Shown here: positions 19,767-29,269 of the stretch, piece by piece | How positions within the stretch are numbered: the stretch's first letter is position 1 | Layout of the letters: each line of letters begins with the position of its first letter | NCBI GenBank assembly: GCA_046314355.1 | Contig: JBKBWQ010000001.1 | Coordinates: 800,001 to 864,000 of the forward strand | Source of the DNA: Candidatus Altimarinota bacterium | GTDB lineage: Bacteria; Patescibacteriota; Gracilibacteria; 1-14-2-50-48-13 | DNA length: 64,000 bases | Reading direction: 5' to 3' | Made by a program: the position numbers and the translations under genes | Notes under the pieces: generated by a model | Databases searched by the model: none | Told to the model about the DNA's origin: nothing | The model's input: only the letters and a program-made list of their open reading frames with translations

Positions 19767-22313
19767 CTATTCTTTATCGGCAAATACAACTAGCCGTTTA
19801 GAATACTGCTGTTGTTTCTTATCCCATACCCCGTCGCAAGTAATAAGATTCAAGTGCGCCTTACCGTCGCTAGAGCTGAAAATGGCAGCTGCATCATCAG
19901 AAGCACCATAAAGTTTGCTCTCACGCACAATAAATGAAACTATATTCCCTTTCTCATCCTTTACTAAAATCTTATCTCCTGGTTTTAGTTTTTGTAAATC
20001 TGCAAATACACCTCTCACATTATTGATCCAGTTGAGGTGTCCATCCATCACTGCGCTGCCAATATCACCTGGGTATGTTCCAAGTTCATACCAGCCTGCA
20101 TCAGAATAAGACTTTGGAATGTCCATCGCACCGTCTGCTGTCAGCCCTACTTTCTGGACTGCAGCATTAACCGCGATACTTGGGATAATAATATTTACTG
20201 GCAACACCCTTGTTTCAGGCACAACCCCTGTTTTTGGAAGCTTAGGAATAATAACAGGTGAAACAACGATAGGTGCTGGAACTGGAGCAGCGACTGGGGT
20301 GATAGCAGCAGGGACTCCAGGAACTGGAAGTGCAACAACTACAGTAGCTACTGCAATATCTCTGACTCTTATACCATTGCCAGTACCGCTCGCGATAGCA
20401 GTGTTTGTAGTAGTAGTTCTTAGGTATGCTCTACACGTATAGATCCATCTTTCATTCGTATCAAGCTTTGAATCTTTGTTTGTATCTCCAGAAACATATC
20501 TCACAGGGCGACATTTATCATCCGTCAAAGTCACGTTACTAAGTGGGACAGTACCAGTATTATTAATGATTTCTGTATAAGTTGCCCACCCCCCGCCTGA
20601 AGGTAAAGTAAGTGGTCTTGGAATTTTTATTACATGAATAGAAGGAGCCACAATAGGCTCGCCGACTATAACAGTAGCACTGGCTATGTCTACAGTACTG
20701 ATGTTATTTGCCCACCCAGTGGCAACTACTGTATTTGTATGAGTCTCTGTAAGTGTTGTGGTGCATTTATGTACCCAGACTTCCGTCAGATCAAGGATTG
20801 CATTCCCGTTGGTATCTCCTGAGAATAAGGCAATAGGACTGCATGTATCCCCCACTAACGTGATATTATTTACTACTACTGTTCCAATATTACGTAGAGT
20901 GTACGTATATTCTACTGCTCCAGGACCATTAGGTAGAGCAAGAGGACTTGGGGTTTTTACAATATCAATAAGCGGAGGAACTGCAGGTGTAGTAACTGGT
21001 GTACTCACAGGAGGAGTATATCCCCCTCCACCACCGGAAGTGGGAGGGAAAGGAATATCATTATTTGTAATAATACAAAAACGTGCCTCACTCACATTGA
21101 GCGTAACAATACCTAACGCATTACAGTCACCGGAAAATGACTGCGTATAATTAGGGTCAGCCGTTTCTGTCACCGTATATATAGCTGGAGCAAGTGTATT
21201 TGTAATACCTGAGACAACAGGTGCCCCATTGATGAATAATGGGAAATCGGCAATCACTTTAGTTCTGCCGCTATCATTGATCACCACCTTTGTGACTGTA
21301 ATTGTAGAAGGTGCAATATCATTATTTGTAACCGTACATGTCCTATCATTTTCTGATGCAAGAATAATATTTCCAGCCGCATCACAATCTCCGCTATAGG
21401 TCACCGTATACCCAGCAAGTGCATCTTCACTTACCGCGTAGGTACCTGGATCCAAAACATAAGTAGTCCCCAATACATCAACTCCTGCCTGCGGGCTGCC
21501 TGCAACATCAATGCCGCCTGTAGTTACATGCAGTGTCGCATCAGAAGAAACTCCAATACCTGTATTATCATTAATCACTGTCTTGATTACATGAAGCGTT
21601 GCAGTACATGTGGGAACAGTAATAGTATTCGTATCAGTAGTCACAGTACCTGCCCCAAGCGACAATGCTCTACCATTCCAAACTGTATTTGCTCCGATAG
21701 TAATGGCTGTAGCATCATCAATCACAGTTCCAGCAAAAATAGTATTTGCCGCAAGAGTAGTCGCTGCGGTTGGCGTCCAAAATACATCGCAAGCTGATGC
21801 TCCAAGTAGCGTCACAACGGAACCCGCCGTAGACGTAAGTGCTCCTGTCGGTCTAAAAATATAGGTACCCGCACCGCTCAATGTAAGTGGTCCTCCGATA
21901 TCCATAGCACCCGTGCTACAGTAGACTCCAGGTGTATATACTCCAACTGGACCATGAGTTGCATCTGTGGAAAGATCGATAGCTCCAGCAGCAAAAGTAA
22001 AGGTACAAGGTTGAACTCCTAAAGCACCAAGCGCAGTATTTACATCAATACGCGCAGCCGGTGTAGGGGCACCAGGACCATAACTGGTATGAATACCAGC
22101 AGGTACCGTTGCCGGTGGAGTAGTAAATCCAATACCGCCGTCGATCGTTGTACCCGCGGCAACATTCGTATATGTTCCTGCAAGAACGCCGTAAGTCTCA
22201 CCTGTTCCAAGATCAGGAGTCGTAGCTGCATTAGCCACATTTCCTGAGAAACCAAATAATAATGTAAAAGCGAATACGACTACAATCGTATTCTTCCTAA
22301 GGAAATTTATCAT
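19767..22313 (-). CDS. Ice-binding-like (DUF3494) secreted protein with Ig-like repeats, LPKTG motif and fused class F sortase domain
   Basis: Signal peptide; YGVLAG, TPGVYC, YIFR, ACDVFW, FAGTVI, GRAL (DUF3494); two pairs of repeats; LPKTG; sortase motifs AGWY, GSAVMDGH, LNLITC, YSKRLVVFA. Start could be 22343. Confidence 0.87.
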   Translation of the reverse strand: MINFLRKNTIVVVFAFTLLFGFSGNVANAATTPDLGTGETYGVLAGTYTNVAAGTTIDGGIGFTTPPATVPAGIHTSYGPGAPTPAARIDVNTALGALGVQPCTFTFAAGAIDLSTDATHGPVGVYTPGVYCSTGAMDIGGPLTLSGAGTYIFRPTGALTSTAGSVVTLLGASACDVFWTPTAATTLAANTIFAGTVIDDATAITIGANTVWNGRALSLGAGTVTTDTNTITVPTCTATLHVIKTVINDNTGIGVSSDATLHVTTGGIDVAGSPQAGVDVLGTTYVLDPGTYAVSEDALAGYTVTYSGDCDAAGNIILASENDRTCTVTNNDIAPSTITVTKVVINDSGRTKVIADFPLFINGAPVVSGITNTLAPAIYTVTETADPNYTQSFSGDCNALGIVTLNVSEARFCIITNNDIPFPPTSGGGGGYTPPVSTPVTTPAVPPLIDIVKTPSPLALPNGPGAVEYTYTLRNIGTVVVNNITLVGDTCSPIALFSGDTNGNAILDLTEVWVHKCTTTLTETHTNTVVATGWANNISTVDIASATVIVGEPIVAPSIHVIKIPRPLTLPSGGGWATYTEIINNTGTVPLSNVTLTDDKCRPVRYVSGDTNKDSKLDTNERWIYTCRAYLRTTTTNTAIASGTGNGIRVRDIAVATVVVALPVPGVPAAITPVAAPVPAPIVVSPVIIPKLPKTGVVPETRVLPVNIIIPSIAVNAAVQKVGLTADGAMDIPKSYSDAGWYELGTYPGDIGSAVMDGHLNWINNVRGVFADLQKLKPGDKILVKDEKGNIVSFIVRESKLYGASDDAAAIFSSSDGKAHLNLITCDGVWDKKQQQYSKRLVVFADKE

Positions 22314-22573
22314 TATATTTGGGTAACAGTTATATACTGACAATCATATCACGAATACTGCTTTACATGTAAAAAATCTATTGTTGAATTATAAAACTCT
22401 GTTAATTGATTAGGATACATATCCATCAAAAAGTAAATTAATCTCCTAGCTCCTGGTAGGCATAGCGTAATGGATACTCCTAAATCATATCGTAAATAAA
22501 CTTAACTTTTGATAACCTTGATTTTTAGCAGCATTAGAAATATTATTATCTATTATTTTCTGATGACTCTCCT

Positions 22574-23461
22574 ATGAAGACACAACAGATAAAGACTCTT
22601 CTCCTGGACACTTTCTCAGCATGGCAAAAGGATAACGTACCAAGGATGAGTGCTGCCCTTTCCTACTATACAGTATTTTCTCTGGCACCTCTTTTGATCA
22701 TTATCATCTCCGTCGCTGGTATATTCCTGGGACAAGATGCAGCTCAAGGAAATATAGTAGCTCAGATGCAGAGTCTCATAGGACAAAGCGGAGCAACTTT
22801 CATACAGGACATCTTAAAGAACGCTTCCAAGCCTGAGGCAAGCAGTATTGCTGCAGTCATCGGAGTCATCACGCTTGTGCTTGGTGCATCTGGAGTATTT
22901 TCAGAACTGCAGAGTTCTCTCAATACTATCTGGGGAGTAAAGCCTGATCCAAAAAAAGGTATTTGGGGAGCTATCAAGGATAGATTCCTTTCGTTTACTC
23001 TTGTCATCGGTGTCGCCTTTCTCCTGCTGGTATCTCTTTCAGTAGATGCAGTACTGTCTGCTCTCAATGACTATATCGCCTCCCTGCTCTCAAGCTTTGC
23101 AGCTACATATATGATACAAGGATTAAGTGTACTCATATCATTTTTGCTCATCACCGTACTCTTCGGATTGATCTACAAGGTACTGCCTGACCGCAATTTG
23201 AAATGGAGACATGTTATTATCGGAGCACTTGTTACTTCATTTTTATTCACCATTGGTAAATTTCTCATTGGTCTTTACATTGGGAATAGTAATTTTACAG
23301 ATACTTACGGTGCCGCAGGATCTTTGATAGTCATCCTGCTTTGGGTATTCTACGCAAGCTCTATCCTCTTTTTAGGAGCTGAGTTTACAAAGGTGTATGT
23401 ACGGAGTGAGGGTGCAAAGGTGGAAACTACAAAGGGTGCGAGAGTGCGTAAGGCTCAGTAA
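22574..23461 (+). CDS. YihY/virulence factor BrkB family membrane protein
   Basis: AALSYYTVFSLAPLL, LNTIW, YKVLP, YGAAGSLIVILLWVFY. Confidence 0.93.
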   Translation: MKTQQIKTLLLDTFSAWQKDNVPRMSAALSYYTVFSLAPLLIIIISVAGIFLGQDAAQGNIVAQMQSLIGQSGATFIQDILKNASKPEASSIAAVIGVITLVLGASGVFSELQSSLNTIWGVKPDPKKGIWGAIKDRFLSFTLVIGVAFLLLVSLSVDAVLSALNDYIASLLSSFAATYMIQGLSVLISFLLITVLFGLIYKVLPDRNLKWRHVIIGALVTSFLFTIGKFLIGLYIGNSNFTDTYGAAGSLIVILLWVFYASSILFLGAEFTKVYVRSEGAKVETTKGARVRKAQ

Positions 23462-23507
23462 TTGGGGCGCTATCATTAGGCTCAATAATTAAGTAATTGA
23501 ACTCAAT
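23457..23507. repeat. Short degenerate GTAATT(A/G)-type repeat element
   Basis: gtaattggggcgctatcattaggctcaataattaagtaattgaactcaat resembles the reverse complement of about 54360-54424. Confidence 0.55.
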
Positions 23508-23542
23508 GCTTCCGCTTATACATTCTTTTACAACTAATATCT

Positions 23543-24277
23543 ATGCCTGAAGGTCCATCTATCATTATACTAAAAGAAGAACTGCTTCCTTTTAAGGGGA
23601 AGAAAGTCATAGAAGTATCAGGAAACAGTAAACAAGATATCCAGAGAATAAAAGGCAAAAAGATTTTTGATTTTCAAAGCTGGGGAAAGCATACGCTGAT
23701 ACAGTTTCAGGATTTTTTTGTGAAGATTCATCTCCTCATGTTTGGAAGTTATAGAATCAACGAAAGAAAAGAAGAGAGAGAACCAAGACTTTCTCTGAAA
23801 TTTGCAAAGGGTGAAATAAATTTTTATAGCTGTGCAGTGACAATTTTTGAGTGACAAACAAAGGATATTTATAACTGGACTACTGACATTATGTCAGAGA
23901 ACTGGGATCCTGAAGCAGCTTATAAAAAATTAAAATCAATGCCAGATACGCTTGTCTGTGATGCACTGCTGGATCAGAATATTTTTTCAGGAGTGGGCAA
24001 TATTATAAAAAATGAAGTATTGTTTAGAATACGGGTTCATCCTTCAAGTACTATTGGCGCCCTTCCCTCCAGGAAACTTCGAGAACTCATCGAAGATGCG
24101 CATACGTATAGTTTTTTATTCCTTGAATGGAAAAAAGCATACACCCTTAAAAAACATTGGCAGGTACATACCAAGAAAGAATGTCCAAGAGATCATGAAA
24201 AAGTGAAGAAAGAATATCTTGGTAAGACTCACAGAAGAACCTTTTTTTGTGAGAAATGCCAAATACTCTATCTCTAA
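23543..24277 (+). CDS. Fpg/Nei family DNA glycosylase, interrupted by one in-frame TGA (23852-23854)
   Basis: MPEGP N-terminus, WGKH, HLLMFG; H2TH LLDQNIFSGVGNIIKNE; C-terminal Zn finger. The two ORFs share a frame, giving about 244 aa with readthrough. Confidence 0.88.
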
Positions 24278-24281
24278 TACT

Positions 24282-24701
24282 CTACTCGCAGGAACAGTAT
24301 GCAGCAGCAATCGGATACAGCTGTTTTAATAGATTCTCTGAGATACCACTTGCTCTTGCAGCCTGCAGTTTTGGGGTAAGTACCAATCTACTAAATTCAG
24401 ATATATTATCCATATTCTCCTTATACGAGAGCTGCCCTCTTTTTGCTCTTAGAGTAGTATTCAGCATGCCGTATACGATACTATCTATATTCTCATAGTA
24501 TTTCTGGTACAGCATCAATAATTCTTTATATAGAAAAAACTGCTCCGGAGTCATCTGGAGGAGCTCCTGCATTTTATGATTAAAATGTACCTTTATAGAT
24601 TCCGGCTGTTTGCCGTAATTTATCTCTAAGCTCTCCTTATCATTTATACTATTAAGCAGCAGTCCCTGGTAGAGTTCAGGACTTACTTGTTTTGCGTACA
24701 T
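24282..24701 (-). CDS. Hypothetical protein
   Basis: 139 aa ORF filling the intergenic space. Confidence 0.55.
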   Translation of the reverse strand: MYAKQVSPELYQGLLLNSINDKESLEINYGKQPESIKVHFNHKMQELLQMTPEQFFLYKELLMLYQKYYENIDSIVYGMLNTTLRAKRGQLSYKENMDNISEFSRLVLTPKLQAARASGISENLLKQLYPIAAAYCSCE

Positions 24702-24933
24702 ACTGATATAGTATAAAGAATAATATTTTTCTTTATTTTAGTTAAAAGAGTAAAAGAAGCGTTAGTTTGGTAAGGATCATTTAAAGTAATATTTAGAATA
24801 TAATTGACATAAACTAAATTAATATTAAAGTACCATATTCAATAGGCACTATCTTTTGATGAGCTGCTTAAAGAATACATGTTCATTAAAAATCAGGTAC
24901 ATTAAATATTGTTGGTAAAAAAGGGGAAAAGTA

Positions 24934-25728
24934 ATGAAAATTGTAAAAATGATTGTAGGTATCATAACAGTTATCCAGTGTGTAGGGTGTTCAGTACAAC
25001 CATTAGCTGCCATTCCTTCTGTACAGGCTGTAGCAATGGATACTTCAGATGTAAAAGTTATAGAAACTCATACACATGAAGATGAACATGCATCAAGTCC
25101 AGTTATTACAGAAGTATCTGTAGAAAAAAGTGCAAAACAGAAATTTGTTGAAGAACTTATCAGTAAGTTTCCAGCACATCTTTCTACAAGTCTTACTCTC
25201 ATACAGGTTAACGATAGTTTCGGAGTAAGAGGACTCTCAAACGGATCTCGTATGTATATCAACCTTGGAAAGATGTCCGACCAGGAACTTTCCGCTGTAG
25301 TTATACATGAGCTCGGTCATGTTATAGATCTAGGTTATCTCTTAGGTAAAGAGACTCCTAGTCCATTTATGGATGGTACCTCACAAGTGTATGCAAATGA
25401 CCCTAGTGTCGGCTTTTATTCTATTAGCTGGGAAGCTAGCAATAAAAGAAAAAGCAGAACCCCTCTGGATTATGTAAGTGGCTATGCCATGAGTGATCCT
25501 TTTGAAGACTTCGCAGAATCTTTTGCGTACTATGTTTTACAGGGGCAAAACTTTAGAAAAATGGCTAAGGAAAACGAAGCTCTCAAACAAAAATACTCCT
25601 TTATTAAAGAATTTATTTTCCAGAATAAAGAATTTGATCTTGGAGAAGCAGCTTATATTTCAGACGGTCGTTCATATGACGTCACCGTTCTGCCATATAA
25701 GTTTGAAAACCTAATTGCAGCATTGTAA
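24934..25728 (+). CDS. Secreted/lipoprotein zinc metallopeptidase
   Basis: Signal/lipobox (VGC); HELGH zinc motif; YVSGYA..DPFEDFAE. Confidence 0.8.
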   Translation: MKIVKMIVGIITVIQCVGCSVQPLAAIPSVQAVAMDTSDVKVIETHTHEDEHASSPVITEVSVEKSAKQKFVEELISKFPAHLSTSLTLIQVNDSFGVRGLSNGSRMYINLGKMSDQELSAVVIHELGHVIDLGYLLGKETPSPFMDGTSQVYANDPSVGFYSISWEASNKRKSRTPLDYVSGYAMSDPFEDFAESFAYYVLQGQNFRKMAKENEALKQKYSFIKEFIFQNKEFDLGEAAYISDGRSYDVTVLPYKFENLIAAL

Positions 25729-25895
25729 TGTACCTGAAGTTGATGCTCTTACTAAATAGTAAGAGCATTTTTTAGTATATAAACTTTCTTGTTTTAGTAA
25801 TCGATTAGTTAATAAATATTGACAATTATATAAAATAATATTAATTACTTATTGTCAAATAATTGATCATTGAAATAAAAAGGAGAAGTTCTAGT

Positions 25896-26933
25896 ATGAA
25901 AAATTCTTTCGAAAATCTTACTATTAAACAGAAAGAGGTTATTAAAATGGAAAGAAAATATTTTGTTATGGTAAGTAATCTTGATGAACTTACAGATGAA
26001 GAGTCTTTTACTATAATAGAAAAAGCAAAAGATATTGCACCAGATGCAATCTTATACTTTGCTCCACTTATAGCGAAGCGTTCATGGTTTAACGAAGATA
26101 TTTTCAAGTATGTTGTTAATAAACTTCATGGAAAAGAAGATGAAATTCTTATTGAAGCATACCATTGGTTTAAAAGATACTCATGGTATCGCGATATAGA
26201 TTTTAATCATGCAGCACAATTGTGTTTAATGAAAAAGAACTATAATAGTATTCTACTTGCATCAGGAGAGTTTCAGGAGACTACATGGTTTAATCCTTAC
26301 TTAGAAGAAGCAATTCATAGTTCTTTGAGTTCTAAGTCAGAAGAAGGATCGCATATTGTTTTAACACTAGTAGAAAGACCATATCTCTATTGGGTAACAA
26401 AAGATATAATAAAGAATATCTTCCAGGTATACCCTGATGATTTCTTATCCATAGTAGAAACTAAGTACTATGAAAAGATTTTTACCAAAAAAGAACTAAT
26501 TGAAGAATTAGCAGTATTTCCACTAAGTGAAGAAGCTATAGAAAAACTCTATTTTCTACATGTATTACCATGGGATATTGATCAGTCAGAAATCACTCAA
26601 GAAATTTTCAACTCTAATGAAAAAAGAGCAAATTTTCTTGTTACTCTTTCTGAAAAGAAAGAAGACGGTGATTTAAATTATCATGATTGGAGACAAAATT
26701 TCTTTGAAAATCTATTCCAGGTTATAAGTATCTATCAGCAATTTATAACCAAAGAAGATTTAGATAAACTGTTAGAGATGATTGAAGGAGTAGATGTTGG
26801 TGAATATTTATCTATTTGCGCTGATCTTTCTCATAAAAATTTGGAAGAAGAGTATAAAGATATTTTCACCTTTTGGATTGAAGATCATCTACACGCAGGA
26901 GAACTTTTAGGTAATAAATATAAAAATCAGTAA
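25896..26933 (+). CDS. Hypothetical acidic protein (AT-rich gene)
   Basis: Long ORF with AGGAG upstream of ATG 25896; no family recognised. Confidence 0.7.
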   Translation: MKNSFENLTIKQKEVIKMERKYFVMVSNLDELTDEESFTIIEKAKDIAPDAILYFAPLIAKRSWFNEDIFKYVVNKLHGKEDEILIEAYHWFKRYSWYRDIDFNHAAQLCLMKKNYNSILLASGEFQETTWFNPYLEEAIHSSLSSKSEEGSHIVLTLVERPYLYWVTKDIIKNIFQVYPDDFLSIVETKYYEKIFTKKELIEELAVFPLSEEAIEKLYFLHVLPWDIDQSEITQEIFNSNEKRANFLVTLSEKKEDGDLNYHDWRQNFFENLFQVISIYQQFITKEDLDKLLEMIEGVDVGEYLSICADLSHKNLEEEYKDIFTFWIEDHLHAGELLGNKYKNQ

Positions 26934-26990
26934 AGGAATATACACTCTTTAAGCACTTTAGAATACAAAGTGCTTTTTCTATGTATTATA

Positions 26991-27068
26991 AAAAACACCC
27001 GTCTATCTTTCAATAAACGGGTGTTACTTTCTTATTTACTCCTTCACTTCCCCTTCAATAACATCATC
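26991..27068 (-). repeat. Displaced direct-repeat copy of the dnaK 3' end and its terminator (att-like)
   Basis: 27036-27068 matches 29270-29302 at 32/33 nt ([10 protein letters not shown]). The terminator cacccg...aaacgggtg is also duplicated (26991-27023 vs 29228-29259). Confidence 0.9.
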
Positions 27069-27301
27069 TTCAACTCCCCGGCAGTGTCTCCCGCTAGGGA
27101 CACTGCCGGAGAATTGAATAGTATTTCATTAATTATACAAAGTCAGGAGATATAAAAGTATTGTGTGAAGAAAGATCACTTCAGCTCACCAGCAGTGCCA
27201 GATATATAAAACATTGCTATTTCATAAACTTTTCATAATATAAAGCCAGCTTCTTACACGTTGATCATTTACATTTTATTATAAGTCCCAAAGGAGGATT
27301 T

Positions 27302-27631
27302 ATGGAACAAGCACTAAAAAATAAAACGATACAGATCGTAAAACAGACCTTTTTTGCGATCTGTGCAGCATTTGCCATTTCATTGATAATTGTTCATGGA
27401 ATTCATTCTGTACCAATTATGTTTGGGAATGAATTTATCATGTCACGCTGCGAGGCAGGAATGTTCGTATCGTTCATGATGATTGTTATGATAGGTATTT
27501 TTAAGCTACATGATATTGTCTTCATGGAAGATAATTCTTTGAACGCTGAACAATACCTTATAGGTTTTCTCATGTTTGCAGCTATATATGTCGGAAGTGG
27601 ATTTCTGGCGATGTACTCGCTCATGCATTAA
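27302..27631 (+). CDS. Hypothetical 3-TM membrane protein
   Basis: AAGGAGG SD, hydrophobic helices, downstream terminator at about 27660-27690. Confidence 0.75.
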   Translation: MEQALKNKTIQIVKQTFFAICAAFAISLIIVHGIHSVPIMFGNEFIMSRCEAGMFVSFMMIVMIGIFKLHDIVFMEDNSLNAEQYLIGFLMFAAIYVGSGFLAMYSLMH

Positions 27632-27697
27632 TAAAAAAAGTAATCGTAAGAAGCATTACTGTCTGACAATATACTTGTCAGACTTTTTTTACGTACA

Positions 27698-28211
27698 GGA
27701 AACCCCGGAGCTAGTGTATGGTACAATCCCCTCATGAGAATTCAAAACTATCCCATAGCACGTACCAACACTTATATCACCTCGTGTGGGGTACGAAATA
27801 CCGTAGAAGGTATTTGAAGCCCTACGTGAAAGAGGAGCTTTTAGCATGGTTAAACAAAGAATTTAAGAAGTACCCTACACTCCATTTGGATGTAGTAAAT
27901 GTTGATGAAGATCATATTCATCTTCAAGTAGAGATTCCGCCGAATGTGTTGGTAAGTCGAGTGGTACTTGAAGAGTGGTTCGAGTAGGGTGCTGATCAAG
28001 AAGTTTCCGTTTATTCGGCGGATGTATGTAGAAAACAGCATCTGGAGTGTAGAATATTTCTCATCCACCGTAGGGCTGAATGAGGAGATAGTTAGAAAGT
28101 ACATCGAACAACAGGGCGCTCACGAGTACCCAGAGGAAACGAGTTTTTGAGTGCTCATGATGCCCGGAGGGAAACCCCGGAGCTAGCGTAGCGTACTCCG
28201 GGGAGGAAGTC
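27698..28211 (+). mobile_element. IS200/IS605-family element (tnpA only), degenerate
   Basis: 17-nt ggaaaccccggagctag at both ends (27698-27714 and 28170-28186); right-end hairpin ccccggag...ctccgggg followed by aggaagtc. Confidence 0.85.
27734..28150 (+). pseudogene. tnpA: IS200-type Y1 (HUH) transposase, frameshifted
   Basis: YHLVWGTKYRR, DHIHL (HUH), WS..YFSSTVG, KYIEQQ; split over frames, with shifts near 27745 and 27965. Confidence 0.88.
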
Positions 28212-28300
28212 CTTTGTGTTAAGTGAACACTGGACATTCATACTTGAAAGTACAGCCAAAATATTGATATACTACCTATATCAATATTCTATACTAATCT

Positions 28301-28735
28301 ATGAGCAGCTGGCTAAAGTTTATGCATATTTTACTTTTCATTTATGGTTTGACGACAGTTTATGTCTCAATAAATAATCAAGTAATTTCTTGGGACAATA
28401 CATTTATGTTATTTACAGGCATAGTTATCATAGGAAGTACCAGTTTGTTTCTTACTAGAGATCATCTTGCAGCTAAAAAACTTCAAACTCTTAAAAAAAT
28501 TGGTATTCCTATTACAACATTTTCTGTAAAAAGTAATAACTATACCTTAAAGAATAATAGAGGATGGCCAAAATTTTTTTTCACCCAAGGTATCTATAAC
28601 GGCACTGAACAAATGTTTAAAAGTGCACCCCTATGGAAAAATCCTAAGGAGAGCTTTAAGGAAAAACCTGTTACTGTTTATATCGATCCTAGCTTTAACA
28701 AAAATTATGCAATGGATTTAGAGGAATTTTTGTAG
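28301..28735 (+). CDS. Hypothetical membrane protein (DUF3592-like)
   Basis: Two TM helices, then FKS...W.NP and V.VYIDP....NYAMD. Confidence 0.65.
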   Translation: MSSWLKFMHILLFIYGLTTVYVSINNQVISWDNTFMLFTGIVIIGSTSLFLTRDHLAAKKLQTLKKIGIPITTFSVKSNNYTLKNNRGWPKFFFTQGIYNGTEQMFKSAPLWKNPKESFKEKPVTVYIDPSFNKNYAMDLEEFL

Positions 28736-28878
28736 TATTGGAAATACTAAGGTAGAGAACTTAAAACAAGATATTTTTTTTTCGTATATTCTTCAAGTTT
28801 CTCCTTCATTTAAAAACTTGTAAAAGATCTAATTCAATTAGAGAGCGAAAACCGATAGGATCATCATTTATAATTTTA

Positions 28879-29193
28879 TTAAAAAGATAATCGAAAATAC
28901 TTTTGCCTATTACCTTGTGGGAGAGTAGTTTCATCGGCTCCTAAGCTAGCTACCCTATTTATAGTTTTATGTGTAACCTGTAATTGCTTAGGATTTATAT
29001 TCTTTTCAATCAAATAACTTTTAACTTCTTTTTCCGTTTGTAACTTTTTATCAAGTGGAACTGTCAAAATATCAAAACCGTCTTCTCCATCTATATAACT
29101 ACTGATTCTTAACTGATCTCTTATTAGATCATCAATCCTAGCAATATTCTCTACATAATGACTCGATCTATAAATATAAGAGTACTTCTGCAT
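28879..29193 (-). CDS. Hypothetical protein
   Basis: 104 aa AT-rich ORF just downstream of the dnaK terminator. Confidence 0.6.
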   Translation of the reverse strand: MQKYSYIYRSSHYVENIARIDDLIRDQLRISSYIDGEDGFDILTVPLDKKLQTEKEVKSYLIEKNINPKQLQVTHKTINRVASLGADETTLPQGNRQKYFRLSF

Positions 29194-29227
29194 ATTTATT
29201 AAATTTAAAAACTAAGTAAATGATTTT

Positions 29228-29265
29228 AAAACACCCGCCTACTTCTCAGTAAACGGGTGCTTTTT
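29228..29265 (-). terminator. dnaK terminator
   Basis: aaaacacccg...cgggtgcttttt hairpin directly after the stop codon. Confidence 0.8.
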
Positions 29266-29269
29266 CCTC

